DNA of 63,998 nt, counting the filler, from Streblomastix strix (lineage: Eukaryota), in the NCBI GenBank assembly GCA_008636045.1. It is 3 parts of 3 records of this genome, joined end to end, with 100 filler letters (N's around TTAATTAATTAA, not from the genome) between each part and the next. Parts side by side here need not be neighbours in the genome. Positions count along the whole stretch, not along the records: positions 21,408 to 42,702 come from SNRW01000380.1; positions 42,803 to 63,998 come from SNRW01000390.1; 1 more part is not named here. One strand, written 5' to 3'. Both the position numbers and the translations under genes were made by a program. This document shows, piece by piece, positions 39,940 through 53,700 of the stretch; positions within the stretch are counted from its first letter, which is position 1; every line of letters starts with the position of its first letter. The notes beneath the pieces are model-generated. The model was given only the letters and a program-made list of their open reading frames with translations. It ran no database searches and had not been told where the DNA came from.

Positions 39940-42702
39940 TCACCATTACCATGAATTTTAACTTTGGTTAAACTCTTTCCAGTTAGTACTCCCACTTCTT
40001 TCAGGCAATGTATGAATCGGCACTTAATTCTAAGTGCTTAAATTTGGTGTTTGATACATCGGAATATGACCTTGGAAGAAATTTTACATTGTCTATTAAG
40101 GAGGATTTATTGATGGATATTCTATTGGATGTTGGTATAAGTTTGGAAGAAACTAATATCCTGTTTGAGGTGTTTGCTGCTATTTGATTTATATTTTATT
40201 TTACATTATAGGTGTAAATTCAGCTGCAGAAGCTGATAGAGTAGAAGTTTCAGGTTGAGAACCAAAGAAAGACCTTGATTATTAGATTTATTAATATCCT
40301 TAATTCTATATTATTGGTTTACTTGAAAAAAGAGGTTCATTAATATTGGTATGAATATTTGCTTATGAAGGTGTTGGAGCTGTTAGTTAAGATTTTGTAG
40401 AAATGAAACCATTTGTAGATGAATTTTGAGAAATGATTGAATTTGTTTTATTATTTTTTCTTGTTTCAATATTTAATTATTCATTTATTTTATTATTTTA
40501 TGTCCAAATAGGTTCAGATAGTGAAATATCATTTACTATAATATTATTATTTAATTCATTAGTTAAATTATTTGAAAAAGAGTCTGTATATGAATTAAGA
40601 GATTAAATATTTTGATCATTGAAATCAATTCCGAGAATTTGATCTAATTCAAGTCTTTCTGGAAGAGAAGGGAAATGATCATCTTCAGTGATAATATTAT
40701 CACCAACTACATTTTATTTAAGGAAATCAGATTGTTAATTTTATATATATTTAAAATTTTATTCAAATAATTTATTATTATTAAGATTATTATTAGTAGT
40801 AGCAGAAAGATTATTATTATTAGTAGAAAGATTATTTTTATTATTAGAAAGATTATTTTTATTATTATTATTATTATTAGTAGTAGTAGAAAGATTATTA
40901 TTATTAGTTGAAAGATTATTATTATTAGTAGAAAGGTTATTATTATTAGTTGAAAGATTATTTTTATTAGTAGAAAGGTTATTATTATTATTAGAAAGAT
41001 TATTATAATAAGCAGTAGAAAGATTATTATTATTATTAGAAAGATTATTTTTATTAGTAGAAAGATTATTTTTATTAGTAGAAAGATTATTATAATTAGT
41101 AGAAAGATTATTTTTATTAGTAGAAAGATTATTATAATTAGTAGAAAGATTATTTTTATTAGTAGAAATATTATTATAATTAGTAGTAGTTGAAAGATTA
41201 TAATTATTAGTTGAAAGATTGTAATTATTAGTAGAAAGATTATTATTATTATTAGAAAGATTATTTTTATTAGTAGAAAGGTTATTATAATTAGTAGAAA
41301 TATTATTATAATTAGTAGTAGAAAGATTATTATTATTAGTAGAAAGATTATTATTATTAGTAGAAAGATTATTATTATTAGTAGAAAGATTATTATTATT
41401 ATTAGAAAGATTATTATAATAAGCAGTAGAAAGATTATTATTATTATTAGAAAGATTATTTTTATTAGTAGAAAGGTTATTATAATTAGTAGAAAGATTA
41501 TTTTTATTAGTAGAAAGATTATTATTATTTGTTGAAAGATTATTATTTTTATTAGTAAAAATGTTATTATTATTATTTGTTGAAAGATTATTATTAGTAG
41601 TAGAAAGGTTATTATAATTAGTAGAAATATTATTATAATTAGTAGTAGTTGAAAGATTATTATTATTAATAGAAAGATTATTATTATTAGTAGTAGTTAA
41701 AAGATTATTATTATTAGTAGTAGAAAGATTATTATTATTAGTTGAAAGATTATTTTTATTAGTAGAAATATTATTATAATTAGTAGTAGTTGAAAGATTA
41801 TTATTATTAATAGAAAGATTATTATTATTAGTAGTAGTAGAAAGATTATTATTAGTAGTAGTAGTAGAAAGATTATTATTATTTGTTGAAAGATTATTAT
41901 TAGTAGTAGTAGTAGAAAGATTATTATTAGTAGTAGTAGTAGAAAGATTATTATTATTAGTAGTAGTAGAAAGATTATTATTAGTAGTAGTAGTAGAAAG
42001 ATTATTATTAGTAGTAGTAGTAGAAAGATTATTATTAGTAATAGTAGAAAGATTATTATTATTAGTAGTAGTAGAAAGATTATTATTATTAGTAGTAGTA
42101 GAAAGATTATTATTATTAGTAGTAGAAATATTATTATTATTAGGAGTAGAAAGATTATTATTAGTAGTAGAAAGATTATTATTATTAGTTGAAAGATTAT
42201 TATTATTATTAATCATTTAAATTTATTTCTGTTCTGTTAAATGAGATAATTACTTTACAATTTCTATCTTTTTTATATTTATTCTCTTTGATTGAACTAT
42301 CATATCTTCATCATCTTCCACATTATCATCATTCTAATTTTATTCTTATTCTTGATTTTTTAAATGTGAATGTAAAATAATTTATTTCTTTTTCTTTTTC
42401 TTTTTTAAAAATTTCACAGAATTCAATTTTCTTTTTACTTCAAATCTTATTTTCTTTTCTGAAAATGGGTAAGGTTATTAATTTAAATTTATTAACTTTA
42501 TTTCATTTTCAATTAAAGTCTTATTGAGCAGTTTATCTTCATTAATTTAATATTTTGATATTTCTGATTTTTATTTCTCTAATTTTAACATTCTTTCTTT
42601 GCTCAATAATAATTCTTCTTCAACAATTTTTATTTCAGCTTACTTATTTATTATATTTTGATTATCTATTAAATGTTTTTGTTATCTTTGAAGTTGATTT
42701 AT
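39940..42702 (-). CDS. Host low-complexity protein, 5' truncated, with an Asn-rich repeat block and a PAM2-like motif
   Basis: The 485-aa ORF-track frame continues in both directions in code 6. STLSASAAEFTP at ~40210-40245. Confidence 0.7.
40770..42213 (-). repeat. Coding minisatellite encoding NNNNLST(T)n
   Basis: Dozens of 21-30 bp units (AGAAAGATTATTATTATTAGT on +), varying by whole triplets. Confidence 0.92.
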
Positions 42703-42802
42703 NNNNNNNNNNNNNNNNNNNNNNNNNNNNNNNNNNNNNNNNNNNNTTAATTAATTAANNNNNNNNNNNNNNNNNNNNNNNNNNNNNNNNNNNNNNNNNN
42801 NN
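42703..42802. other. Artificial contig linker
   Basis: N-run, TTAATTAATTAA, N-run. Confidence 0.97.
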
Positions 42803-43941
42803 CTTACGTATTGTTTGAATTCATTAATAGATTTTCTGCTGTAAAGTATAGTTGGAGCATGATTTTACACATGATTCTCATCAGGAAGCATAATTCTGTA
42901 TGTTACTTATTTATTACTCACTGAATCTTATTCAACTTCCATTGGAGTTCTATATTTACTCAAGGCAGTAGTCTTGTATGGTTTATAACGAATTCTTCCT
43001 GGATTTAATACTTCCGTTATATCACGACCAACTGTATTAGGATCTATCATTTATTCGCTTCGTTAAATTGCAGTTCCGAAATCAAAAGCACACTTAAATA
43101 ATCTACCATTCTCATGCTAATATAATCTCTCAATAAAAGCATCACAATCTTCTGATGAAGTAATATTATTATTAAAGAATTCAACTGTAGGAGATGTAGT
43201 TTCAGTAGCAGCGATATAATTTATAGTTTCACCAGCATAATGAGCTCATTTATCTTCTATAACTTGAGATAATAGATCATATGTTGCTGGTTCTGTCAGA
43301 AGAATGAATTATTGATTATCATAACCAAATTCTTAGATATCTCTATCAGAATATTATTGATTCATCCGTTGAATTTCTAATCTATTTCATATTAGAATAT
43401 CACGTTCTTAAGGCGATAAACCTGATTCAAATCTCTAGAATCTAGCATATAATTATTCTTATTCCATCATTTCCATCGAGAATTCTTATTCCAGACGTTA
43501 TTCTAGATTTCTAAATTCTCTTTCTTATTATTTCTACTAAGATTTTATTTAATAATGTTTTCTGCGTTTCTCAATAAATTTCTATTGCTTATTAACAATT
43601 CTAATAGGTTATACTGGTTTTTCTCTTTATTTCTTTGTTGTTTACTGTTATTTAACGAAATCTTTAGGTTAAGCTCTTGGAGATTGTTTCTTAACAGCTT
43701 GTTGAGCTTGAGGTTTAATAATTTGCCTAGGTTATGGTCTAGGAATTTGCCTTGTCACAGGTTGAAACTACTTCGTAGTTACTAAATCTTGACGATTTTG
43801 AGGTTAAATAATAAGTTATTTTTAATCTTTAAGTCGTTCTTTATGTGTTTGTGGCTAATGTTAACGACGATTTTACTGTAGTTTTTAGTTCTTAGGTTTA
43901 TTTTTCAAAGCTGGTCTAGCTTATTATTTCTTTCCTGCCAT
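42803..43941 (-). pseudogene. N-terminal (terminal-protein) region of a second pPolB, disrupted and truncated by the contig edge
   Basis: FKCAFDFG...QVTYRIMLP...INEFKQYV aligns with FKIAFDFG...EVRYDVRYP...LETYIKF in the contig-1 pPolB. In-frame TGA codons present. Confidence 0.65.
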
Positions 43942-44049
43942 TTTGGATAATTGAAAAATGGAATATTATTATTAATAAATAGTAATTTAAAATAAATTAA
44001 TTTTTCTTATTATTAATAGTTAAAAATAAGAAAATTAAAATTAATTTGA

Positions 44050-44076
44050 TGGTGCTCTAGTGCTTGGTGCTCGAGG
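44050..44076 (+). repeat. Left arm of a perfect 27-bp inverted repeat
   Basis: TGGTGCTCTAGTGCTTGGTGCTCGAGG is the exact reverse complement of 47191-47217. Confidence 0.95.
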
Positions 44077-44214
44077 TCAAATGAGTTCTTATTTTTATTA
44101 AAATACTTAATTTCCATTTTTTTATTTTTTTTAATTATTTCCATTTTTATTATTTTTTATTATTATTTTAATTAAACTATTTTTTTAGAAACATCATTTT
44201 AGGTAGATTGCAAA

Positions 44215-46886
44215 ATGGCACAAAGTTAAAAAGTCTTATAATTAACTCCCAAAGAATTACAAATCAGATCAAAAATCACTGAGTATTCTCCATAATAACG
44301 AGATTAAATAACTGTACTCTACTTTAAAATGGCTGATAGACTGCATCTTGACTATAATAAGATGCTTGAAAAAGCTGAATCACATAGTAATGATTCAGTA
44401 GAAGCGCTTAATATATTCATCTCTAGTAAGTTTTCAGGTTATCTTCTTGCTCTAACAGAAGATTATGAATATTATACATCAAAAGAACTTATTCCTCGAA
44501 TTTCCGAGAAATTGATATAATTATATGATTTCAAGAAATTCAACGATGAAATTACTCCATTATATGATGTATAGGAAAAACCAGTAAAAACTAGAAAAAT
44601 TACTGGAAAAGCTATAAATAATGCAGATTGCCCATACTTAGCTATTGTTGATATTGATATTGACAAGAAATTAAGTGAAGAAGATAGAAATCACATAAGA
44701 AATGAACTCTTAGAGAAGATTTATCATTCAGAATTAAACGTAGCCTTAGTTAAAACTGGTCATGGTGGTTTACAAATATATTGTAATATGGATTCTCTAA
44801 TTCTATTTGCTGGGAATTCAATAGTTAAAAAAATAACCACTGATAAATACGATGCAGATATATTTGCTTGTGTAGATTACAATGAAAGTAAGAGATGTAT
44901 TGTTTACCTGATTCAAGAATCAAAGACTTTGAATATGATACAGTAAATAAGAGATAATAACCAAAATAACCAAATCAAGTATTTAAGTACGAGAAGTTAG
45001 GAAAGACAAAAATAAAATTTGATAAAAAGAAAGATCTAAGTCTCATATCATAAGTATTTTAAGTATTTGGATTTGAAATTGAGCTTATAAAATATCATGA
45101 ATAACCAGAATAAGATGCTTAAGCTAGTTATGATGTTAATATGACGAAATAATAAGCTGATATATTAATAAATGGCCTTAATAATCTAATTATTCATAAT
45201 TATGCTGCTAAATCAGAGAAAGAAACAACTCTATTTAAGTTATTTTCATCAGTTAATGGCATGAAAGCTATTGCTGATGTTGATTTATAGTGGATTAATG
45301 AAGCTTATAATAAAATTAGTTAAATTCAAGGTCTAACTATCAAAGCTAGATCGAACTTCGATAGAACTCGTATTAGACTCGCTGAAAGATCATGTACACC
45401 TCATTACCTAGAGAAATTAGTTAGATTAACTAATGAAGAGTATTACAATAGTGAATACTTACCAACTGAAGTTAAATCAGAAGATACTAAATCACAATTA
45501 AGTAGTAAATCTTAGAATGATGATGATATCATTGATCTAGCAAAAATTACTGTAAATAATATTGATTTAACAGATTAATTTGAGTTAGCAGATATATAAA
45601 CTAAGATTAGTAAAGGAGAATATGAGTGTGTTGAGGATATTATATCTGATATGACTAAGATAATGAGATATATACACTCTGATACTATAACATTCTTATT
45701 CAAATAATACGATAGTCTGGAAAAGATATATATCTTCGTTTGGAAAAGTAAATCATATGCATAAGATATATTAAACATGATTCCAGCACATTTCAATAGA
45801 AAGAAGTCTAAAACACTGCGGTAATTAGCTATAGCATGTAATTATATATTCTTAATTAAGAAAATAGAGTTTAAAAGTGATGATACAGATGTGTTTTCTA
45901 TGTTTTAAGGCTGGAAATGTCATGAACTTGAGCAAATTAACACGAATTTAATATAACCATATCTAGATCATATAAAATAAGTAATTTCTTCCAATGATAC
46001 AACTGTTAATGAATATATTTTGAAATGGTTTGCATTAAAAATATAACATCCAGAATAACAGATACATGTATCAGTGATATTAAGAGGTGGATAAGGCTGC
46101 GGTAAAAATACTTTTACTGATGTACTATCTGAGTTAGTATCTGGATATTCGTTAAGAAATATTACTTCATTAACATCAATGACTGGGTAATTCAATTCTA
46201 TCTTGAGTAATAGAGTATTTATAGTGCTAAATGAGCTCACAACATTCAGTTCTTCTATTGGACACGAAGTTGATAAGCTAAAATCATTGATTACAGATCC
46301 AACATTAGAAATTCGTACTAAATTCTCTAGTTCACATGTTGAAAAGAACTTATTAAATTTCATCTTCATATCCAATCATTTAGATTCTGTTCACTTAGAT
46401 TAAGATGATAGAAGATACTTAGTATGTTAATGTGATTCTAAATATACGAAGAATACTTAGTACTTCAACAATCTATTTCAACATATAAATCAAGAAGGTT
46501 TCTATGATAATTTCATAACTTACTTTCATAAATTAGATATTTCATAATTTGACGCTAGAATCATACCAATGACTGAGGCTAAAAAGGAAATTATCGAGAT
46601 ATCATTAACTGACATTGATAGATTCTGTATTTAATATTTCAAATAGTTAAAAGTTGGTTGGTTATGCGATGAAGCACAACGATATTGTCCAGATCCTATT
46701 AAATCAGGAAATTTCAGATTATAAATTCATAAGAACTGTGAAACTATAAGACAACATCGTATGATGAAACAATTTAGATTGTATAAGATTAAGGAAGATA
46801 TAGTAGCTGAGCTAGAATAGTATGTTGAAGATGATGTTAACGAAGAGATTATTAACAAGATTAACGAAGAAGAGTATAATACATGA
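44215..46886 (+). pseudogene. PrimPol primase plus SF3 (D5-like) helicase fusion with one frameshift near 44903
   Basis: LAIVDIDID, VKTGHGGLQIY, DADIF; Walker A GGQGCGKN, Walker B FIVLNE, NFIFISN, DDRRY. Confidence 0.85.
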
Positions 46887-47190
46887 TGATATTATAATTT
46901 CATAGTAAATTCATTAAAATTATTATTTTTATACAGAAGGGACTTATGATGAGGTTATAAAGCAAACTAACATAGCGATACATATAATGAAACACACAGG
47001 AATTCATAAAGAAAAATATTTTTGCACCATGTTTTCAACTTACAAACTCTTATTCTATAGTCAAATCTCTTACTTATCCTATTCCTAACAGTCATTTCTC
47101 TTATCAGACACCATTTTCAAGTATGCACATCATCATACGTATTATCTCATGTCAATACTAGCTAATTCAAAAATTTATAAACTCAAACAC

Positions 47191-47222
47191 CCTCGAGCAC
47201 CAAGCACTAGAGCACCACTACT
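47191..47222 (-). repeat. Right arm of the inverted repeat, extended by a Polinton-type terminus
   Basis: CCTCGAGCACCAAGCACTAGAGCACCA followed by CTACT; the minus strand starts AGTAGTGGTG. Confidence 0.9.
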
Positions 47223-47499
47223 TTTCCAATATTTTATCACAAATCACTTATTACCAAATTTTATCATTTATTTTTCTAATTTACATTATTAATAATTATT
47301 TTTCGTCAAATCCAATCTTTCTCCAATTTCATCAACTTCACCGATAATTCACGCATTATTTCATTTTTCATTACTTTTCTCATTATTTATCATAAATCAT
47401 CGCAAAATTAACACTTGCCATAAGCTTCGTCATAAGTTCCTTCTATTATTGCATTAATCAAACAAGCACAACTAATACAATAGCAATAATATCAAACAT

Positions 47500-49480
47500 T
47501 ATGAAGCGTAAAAAGGTTGATTGAACAAATCTAATATCTATGAGTTCAATACACGCGAAGAGGTCTTCACATCACATCACCGAACCAACAAATAAATATG
47601 AAAGCAAGAAATGCAGGATAGGATAGCCCCATCAAGTAATCGAGAAGAGCTTTAATAGAAGTGAAGCGGTTGCTTGATTAGACTAAAAATCAAAAAATTA
47701 AAAACCAAGGAACATAGAATAATCGATGATAGAAGCAAATATAGCAACGGAAGCTTCCCTGAGGGTATGGGAAGCAATTCTGCAAATACCGAGAGTTGAA
47801 ATTTTGAGAGTAACCGAACCATGGAATATGAAGATCACAACTACAAATTGAAGAGAAACAACTACATTTTTATTAACATTGAATCATTTTTAGCCAATAT
47901 TGCAACGCAACCAATTACTGTACCTAAATGTAAGGACGAATAATACAACAGTATGCACCAATCTAACCAAAAAGAAAATTATAGTACGATTGATGAGACT
48001 AGCGAAGTAAATACTCTTGTATATCGAAAAACAAAGAAATAGATTCATTTTCGAGGCTTGCAATTTCGGGAGATTATTTAATAGATAAATAATTGATGCA
48101 TCAAATGATAAAAGAATGGAAAGTTTAAATCGCAGTGGATTGTTTCGCGTCTAGAAGAAAAGTATAATACAAAAAGCACTTTTCTATAGAGAGCGATACA
48201 TTAACGGAGAACTAGGCTGAGATAGAATAATCATGGGAATGCGAAATATCACTGCAACATTGCCCAATCTCATTGATTCTGGCAATTATATATAAAGTGG
48301 AATTGGAATAAGTAAATGGAGTGATAATTGCATAAGAATGGAAAGAATAAGTATGTTGGACTGCCTTAACGCGAATCACAGTGTATTGGAAAGTATTAGG
48401 AAAGAGCTAAGACGTCCTTAAGGAAGGAGCATGGATGAAAAGGAATAAATAGAAACAACCTCCGGGGAAGATTGTGATTTTCTTGGTAGACGGGGAGAGA
48501 AGGGAGAGCAACTATTCAAAGAATGTCTATTAAATATAGGACTTGCAGAATAATCAATATAAGAAATAATAGATTGATGACATGGATGTTGGAAGAGAAA
48601 CGCCTGTTCTCTAACAATATTTGCAGAGTATTGGGTTTAACAATAAAGAACTGGTTTATAACTATCATCACTGGAATAACCATACTTTACAATAGCTAAC
48701 TGCATTAACTATCTCAAACCATTAGAGTCAGATTGCATGTATAATATAAACAAGAAACTTTATTTAAAGATTTTTCGAACTAATGAAATAACAAATGGAT
48801 TCAGTAAGAAATAAGGTAATCGAGTAATTAATGAAAGAACATGTTGATAGAGCAGCAAAAGCTAGGAAAGAAATAAATAATTTAAAACTGAACCAGTTAA
48901 TGCAATATATAAGTAATTATGCAGCTTGAAGAGATGAAAGCAAACTAAGTGTAGAGTAGTTAACAAAAATGTCACTCAAACTGACCATGGTTTATACTGT
49001 ACTAAGAATGGCAGAAGTACAAAGAGCAGAGCTGAAAACTGAGAAAATAAACCAAGGAGAAATTATAATAGCAACAACGACCATGAGGAAGCCACGATGA
49101 CCATTGGAAAAGATCAAAAAGGCTGTTTTGGATAGAACTGTGTGATCATTCGTAAGGACACAGAGCATGTTGGAAAATGAGTAGTGAAAGGAGAGTTAAA
49201 ATAAGGATAAACGTGGAGAAATTATACGAAGAAGAAAGTGTAGAAAGCAAATAAGTGTAGAATGTGAGTCAAATAAGTATAGGCGGAAACTTGGAGTGAA
49301 GTATATAATATAACATCTATAAAAAAGGCGTCAATATCAGAAACTATTTATAAGAATAAGATACAAATATAAATAAACTGAATAAGTAGGCACAGCGAAG
49401 CTTCGGCAACTGTTAGAGTAAATTATGATACAAATAATAATGATACAATAAGAAATATATTAGAATAAGCAGAAAAACAA
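47500..49480 (+). mobile_element. Degraded DIRS-like (tyrosine recombinase) retrotransposon relic; boundaries approximate
   Basis: RNase H relic IATEASLRVWEA, methyltransferase-like relic (CPISLILAII...VIIAQEW), YR motifs TVLRMAEV, TSIKKAS and SRHSEASATVRVNYD. Stops and frameshifts throughout. Confidence 0.7.
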
Positions 49481-50732
49481 CCCAGTTTTAATTCATCCCT
49501 TATATAAATTCAATCAATAAATATAAATATCAAACAATAAATTAATAAATTAGTGTAAATTTAATACAATAAAGCAATAACTGGTGTATTAATTGATGGA
49601 AAAGCACTAATAACTGCAAAAAAACATTACATTTGTTACTTCTGGAACAGATCCATCTATCATATGGAAGAAAGCATTTACAAGCACCATTATGTCAAAT
49701 AAAATTCAATTCTCAGGGAATAAAAATGGTTATGTATTTCATGCTGGAGGTGATGCGAAAGCGATATCAGAAATTATTGTCTATTGGTTCATAAGTCAGA
49801 GGTTTAAAGCACTATTAAGCAAAATGGGCTTCAATATCATGTTTTCATACGAATTACAGCTCAAATAATGCATTTTTATCTTCCTTAAAGGCAAACGGAC
49901 TTCGGTCTTGGGAAAAATTCTATTGTTTTTCTTTTTAAATCATGAAAATGATTCTTTTGATCTTGATCCATTGGTGGGTGTCTTGAGAGTCAATACACAT
50001 CCAAAGAACTCAATAAATCTGTAGTAGGTGGTTTATTACCCGAAGGAATACGTTTTGTTACTTCATTTGCTTAAGTAATTGCACTCAATAACTAAACATT
50101 TTCTTATTTTAATCTAATTTAATTTATTTCTATTGCTTGAGTAGAGTTTAAAATTTAAAAGTAAATACTAAATTATCTAGCAAACTAAAAGTTTTTATTT
50201 CTCAAATCTTCTCATTTGCGTTCCACAAGCACTTTTTTATTTGTTCACATTATTTAATAATGAAAATATTATGTCTATGTTCCTTTTCTATAATAATTAA
50301 ACAGATTATGTCTTATAAACAGAACAAACTGAATATTATGTTGTACTCGATACACTGCCATATTTACAGTATATAAACACAGTTTCTATTTCATAAACAA
50401 ATTATATTATGCTATACACAATTATTTAATAATAACTACTAACAATTACATTACTTTTATCCAAGATACAAATATTTTATTCATCCAACAAAAACAAGTT
50501 TTACTCTCTTATTAAAATGCTAGACAGTTATTTATTTGAATAACTATGAATATATATCGATTTCAACAAAATTGAAACTAAATAATTACTATATTGTATT
50601 ATCCAGATAATTGCGTTTGTTAAACAAATTTATTGAGCAAAACACATTCTGATTCTTTAAATTTTAAATATTACAATATTAAAAGCTAGATAATATTCAA
50701 TTCATATTTTATTCTTCTTATTTTAGTTGAAA

Positions 50733-53700
50733 ATGGCTACATCAGGGATGAGCTACGATGAGTATGGAAGCGATATTGCATTTTTGTGGGATGATAAGTC
50801 CGTTGAAAGTACTCTTGAGCTTCTCCATCCAAAAATACCAGCAGGAGCGATTTCCAAACGCCAGAGGAAGAAAATAGCAGGAATTCGAAAGAATATAGCA
50901 TAATCTGGGGATAAATCACATATTTAGTCAGATAGTATCACCAAGCAATAAGGATCAATAACGAATGGTAGTGTTGATGAACTTGAAATAGCGAGAAAGA
51001 TGGGATTATTATATGATGAATAGAAGAGATCACCACCACCACATTCTATATAGTCTCCCCATTCAAGATCACCTCCATCAACAAAAGGACTGCAGAAGAT
51101 TGGATAAAGTGGATTGGGTCTTCCAAGTGGGACTAAAAGGAAGATTGTTTAACCTCCAATTCTCTCTGGAAAGGATGAGAAGTCTCAATTGAAAGTGAAA
51201 TAAGCGGTCAAATTGGATGATAAACCAAATGGAGGAGATGAAGTTATTCTTCCTCCTGCATAACCTGAGCCTCTTCTTCCTGGAGAGAGACTGATTCCAA
51301 TTGATGAAATAGACTCATGGGCAAAACCTGCTTTATCTGGTCTGACTAATTTAAATAGAATACAATCACGTGTCTATGAAACAGCATTTCGCACAAATGA
51401 GAACTTACTTGTATGTGCACCAACAGGAGCTGGGAAGACAGTAATTGCTGTATTGGCGATGTTGCATACAATTAAATAGTTCTATTTTAGTGGGAATGAT
51501 GATGAATCAGAATAGAATACAAATAAGAGCAGAAATGAAGGAATAGATGTTGATGATGATCCAATAAGTAAAGTGTATCTAAAAGATGCTAAAGAAGATG
51601 GAGAAGATAGTGACATATTATTTGGATCATCATAACAGAGAAATGAAAAGAGAAGAAACAATTCATCACCACCTGGATATGATACTAATTAATCCAATCA
51701 TCGATAACCTCCTCCAGCCACAGCAAAGATGATATACATTGCACCAATGAAGGCACTTGCTGGAGAGATGGTTGCTGGACTTGGAGCTCGATTGGCCACA
51801 CTTGGACTCGTATCACGTGAACTGACTGGTGATTCTTAGCTTACACCAACTGAGATAGCAACAGCGCATCTGATAGTTGTTACTCCTGAGAAATGGGATG
51901 CTGTAACTAGAAAGGGTTAAGAGGCTGTAGCTTCTGTTGTGAGCAGTACTGCTCTTCTTATTATTGATGAAGTGCATCTGTTGAATGATGATAGGGGACC
52001 TGTTATTGAAGCAATTGTAGCTCGTACGCTTAGACAAGTGAACTCAACACAGGTTTGATTATTTAATATAGTACCATTATCATAATCTATTAATATTATA
52101 TATATATTATATTATATAGTAAATGATTCGAATTGTTGGTCTTTCAGCTACTCTTCCCAATTATAAGGATGTTGCAAGATTTCTCAGAGTCAATCCAAGT
52201 CGAGGACTATTCTTCTTCCCTGCTGATACATACAGGTTAAATATTTGTTATTTAATCATATTAAATATTTTATTATTTAATCTTCTGGTGTATATTTATT
52301 AATAGAGCTGTTCCACTTCAACTTAGATTCATAGGATTAAAAGAATAGAAGAAAGGAAGTGGGAATTAAGGGTCAGAATAAGAATAAGCCAATTTTTCAT
52401 ATTAATCACCATCACTTCAAACACAATAACGTCAATCATCCTCCAGACCATCTGAATAGATGAGACAGTTTATGAATGAAGCTGCATTTAGAGTAGCATT
52501 CAATTCATTGAAGAAGAATCAGCAAGTTCTGTGTTTTGTATAGTCACGTGCAGATACAAGGAAGACTGGATAATAATTCATTGACTTTGCAAGATTGGCG
52601 AATAGTTATGCATCAAGAGGGATTGACTTTGGATGTGGTGTTCCCTGGAATAAAGAAGATGAAGAAGATGAGAATGTGTTTGAATAGAATGAGAAGGAGA
52701 AAAGAGAGAAGGAAAAGAAAGAATTAGAATAATAATAATAATAATAATAGGAATTTGAATAATAACAAGAGAAAGATAAATAATCAGATAAACAATCAGA
52801 TAAACAATCAGATAAACAATCAGATAAACAATTAGATAAACAATCAGATTCAAATGGTTAGAAAGTCAGAGATGAGTTTGATGAATTGTTTGGATGGGAT
52901 GATTTTGAAGATTTAAAATAAGGAGCAATAATTGCTGGGAAAAAAGCATAAGAAAGTAAAAATGAAACAGATAAATAATAAGATAAAGAACTTAAAGAAT
53001 AAAAAGGGAAGAAACCAAATAAATAAAGCAACAAAAGAAGTATTGATAAAAAAGATTAGAAAGAATAAGATAAATAAGAATAATAAGAAGATTGGAGGAT
53101 GTTGGGAAGGTCCAAAGATGGTAAGATAGTACAACCAGAAATAGTTAAAGAGATGGAGAGAAGAATGAAATATAAATAATAAGGATATAAAACAAATACA
53201 AATAATTAAATTCCATCTCCTTCTGCTTCTCCTTCTTCATTATCTTCATCAACTCCTCCTCCAAATAATCAGATGCAGAAATATCCACCTTCATTATTAT
53301 CATTAGCTAATAACCCCAATTTCAATCATAGCTATAATTAATAGAATATGAACAATATTCCTTCTCCCTCTTCATCACCTTCATCTAATTAATATTATTC
53401 ATCATCTTCATCACAATTATCTTTTATTAGTATTAATACTCCATTATCTCTATTCTAACCTCCTCATCATTTATTAAGAGATAATAAATACTAGAGACTA
53501 ATTTAGAGATTAAGAGCTAATGAAATAAAAGAATTGACATAATATGGAGTTGCTATTCATCATGCAGGATTATTGAGAGGGGATAGAAATATTGTTGAGT
53601 AATTATTTAGAGATGGGTTTGATATTAGTTCATTGATATATTATGTTATTATATCTTTATATTCTATTTCAGTTATATAAGAGTACTTGTATGCACCGCT

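Noticed and set aside
21308..42802. TTAATTAATTAA palindromes within N-runs, and apparent clustering of three elements
   Set aside because: These are artificial six-frame-stop linkers; adjacency across them has no biological meaning.
49500..50700. Possible gene between the DIRS relic and ASCC3
   Set aside because: Only broken, unrecognisable frames.
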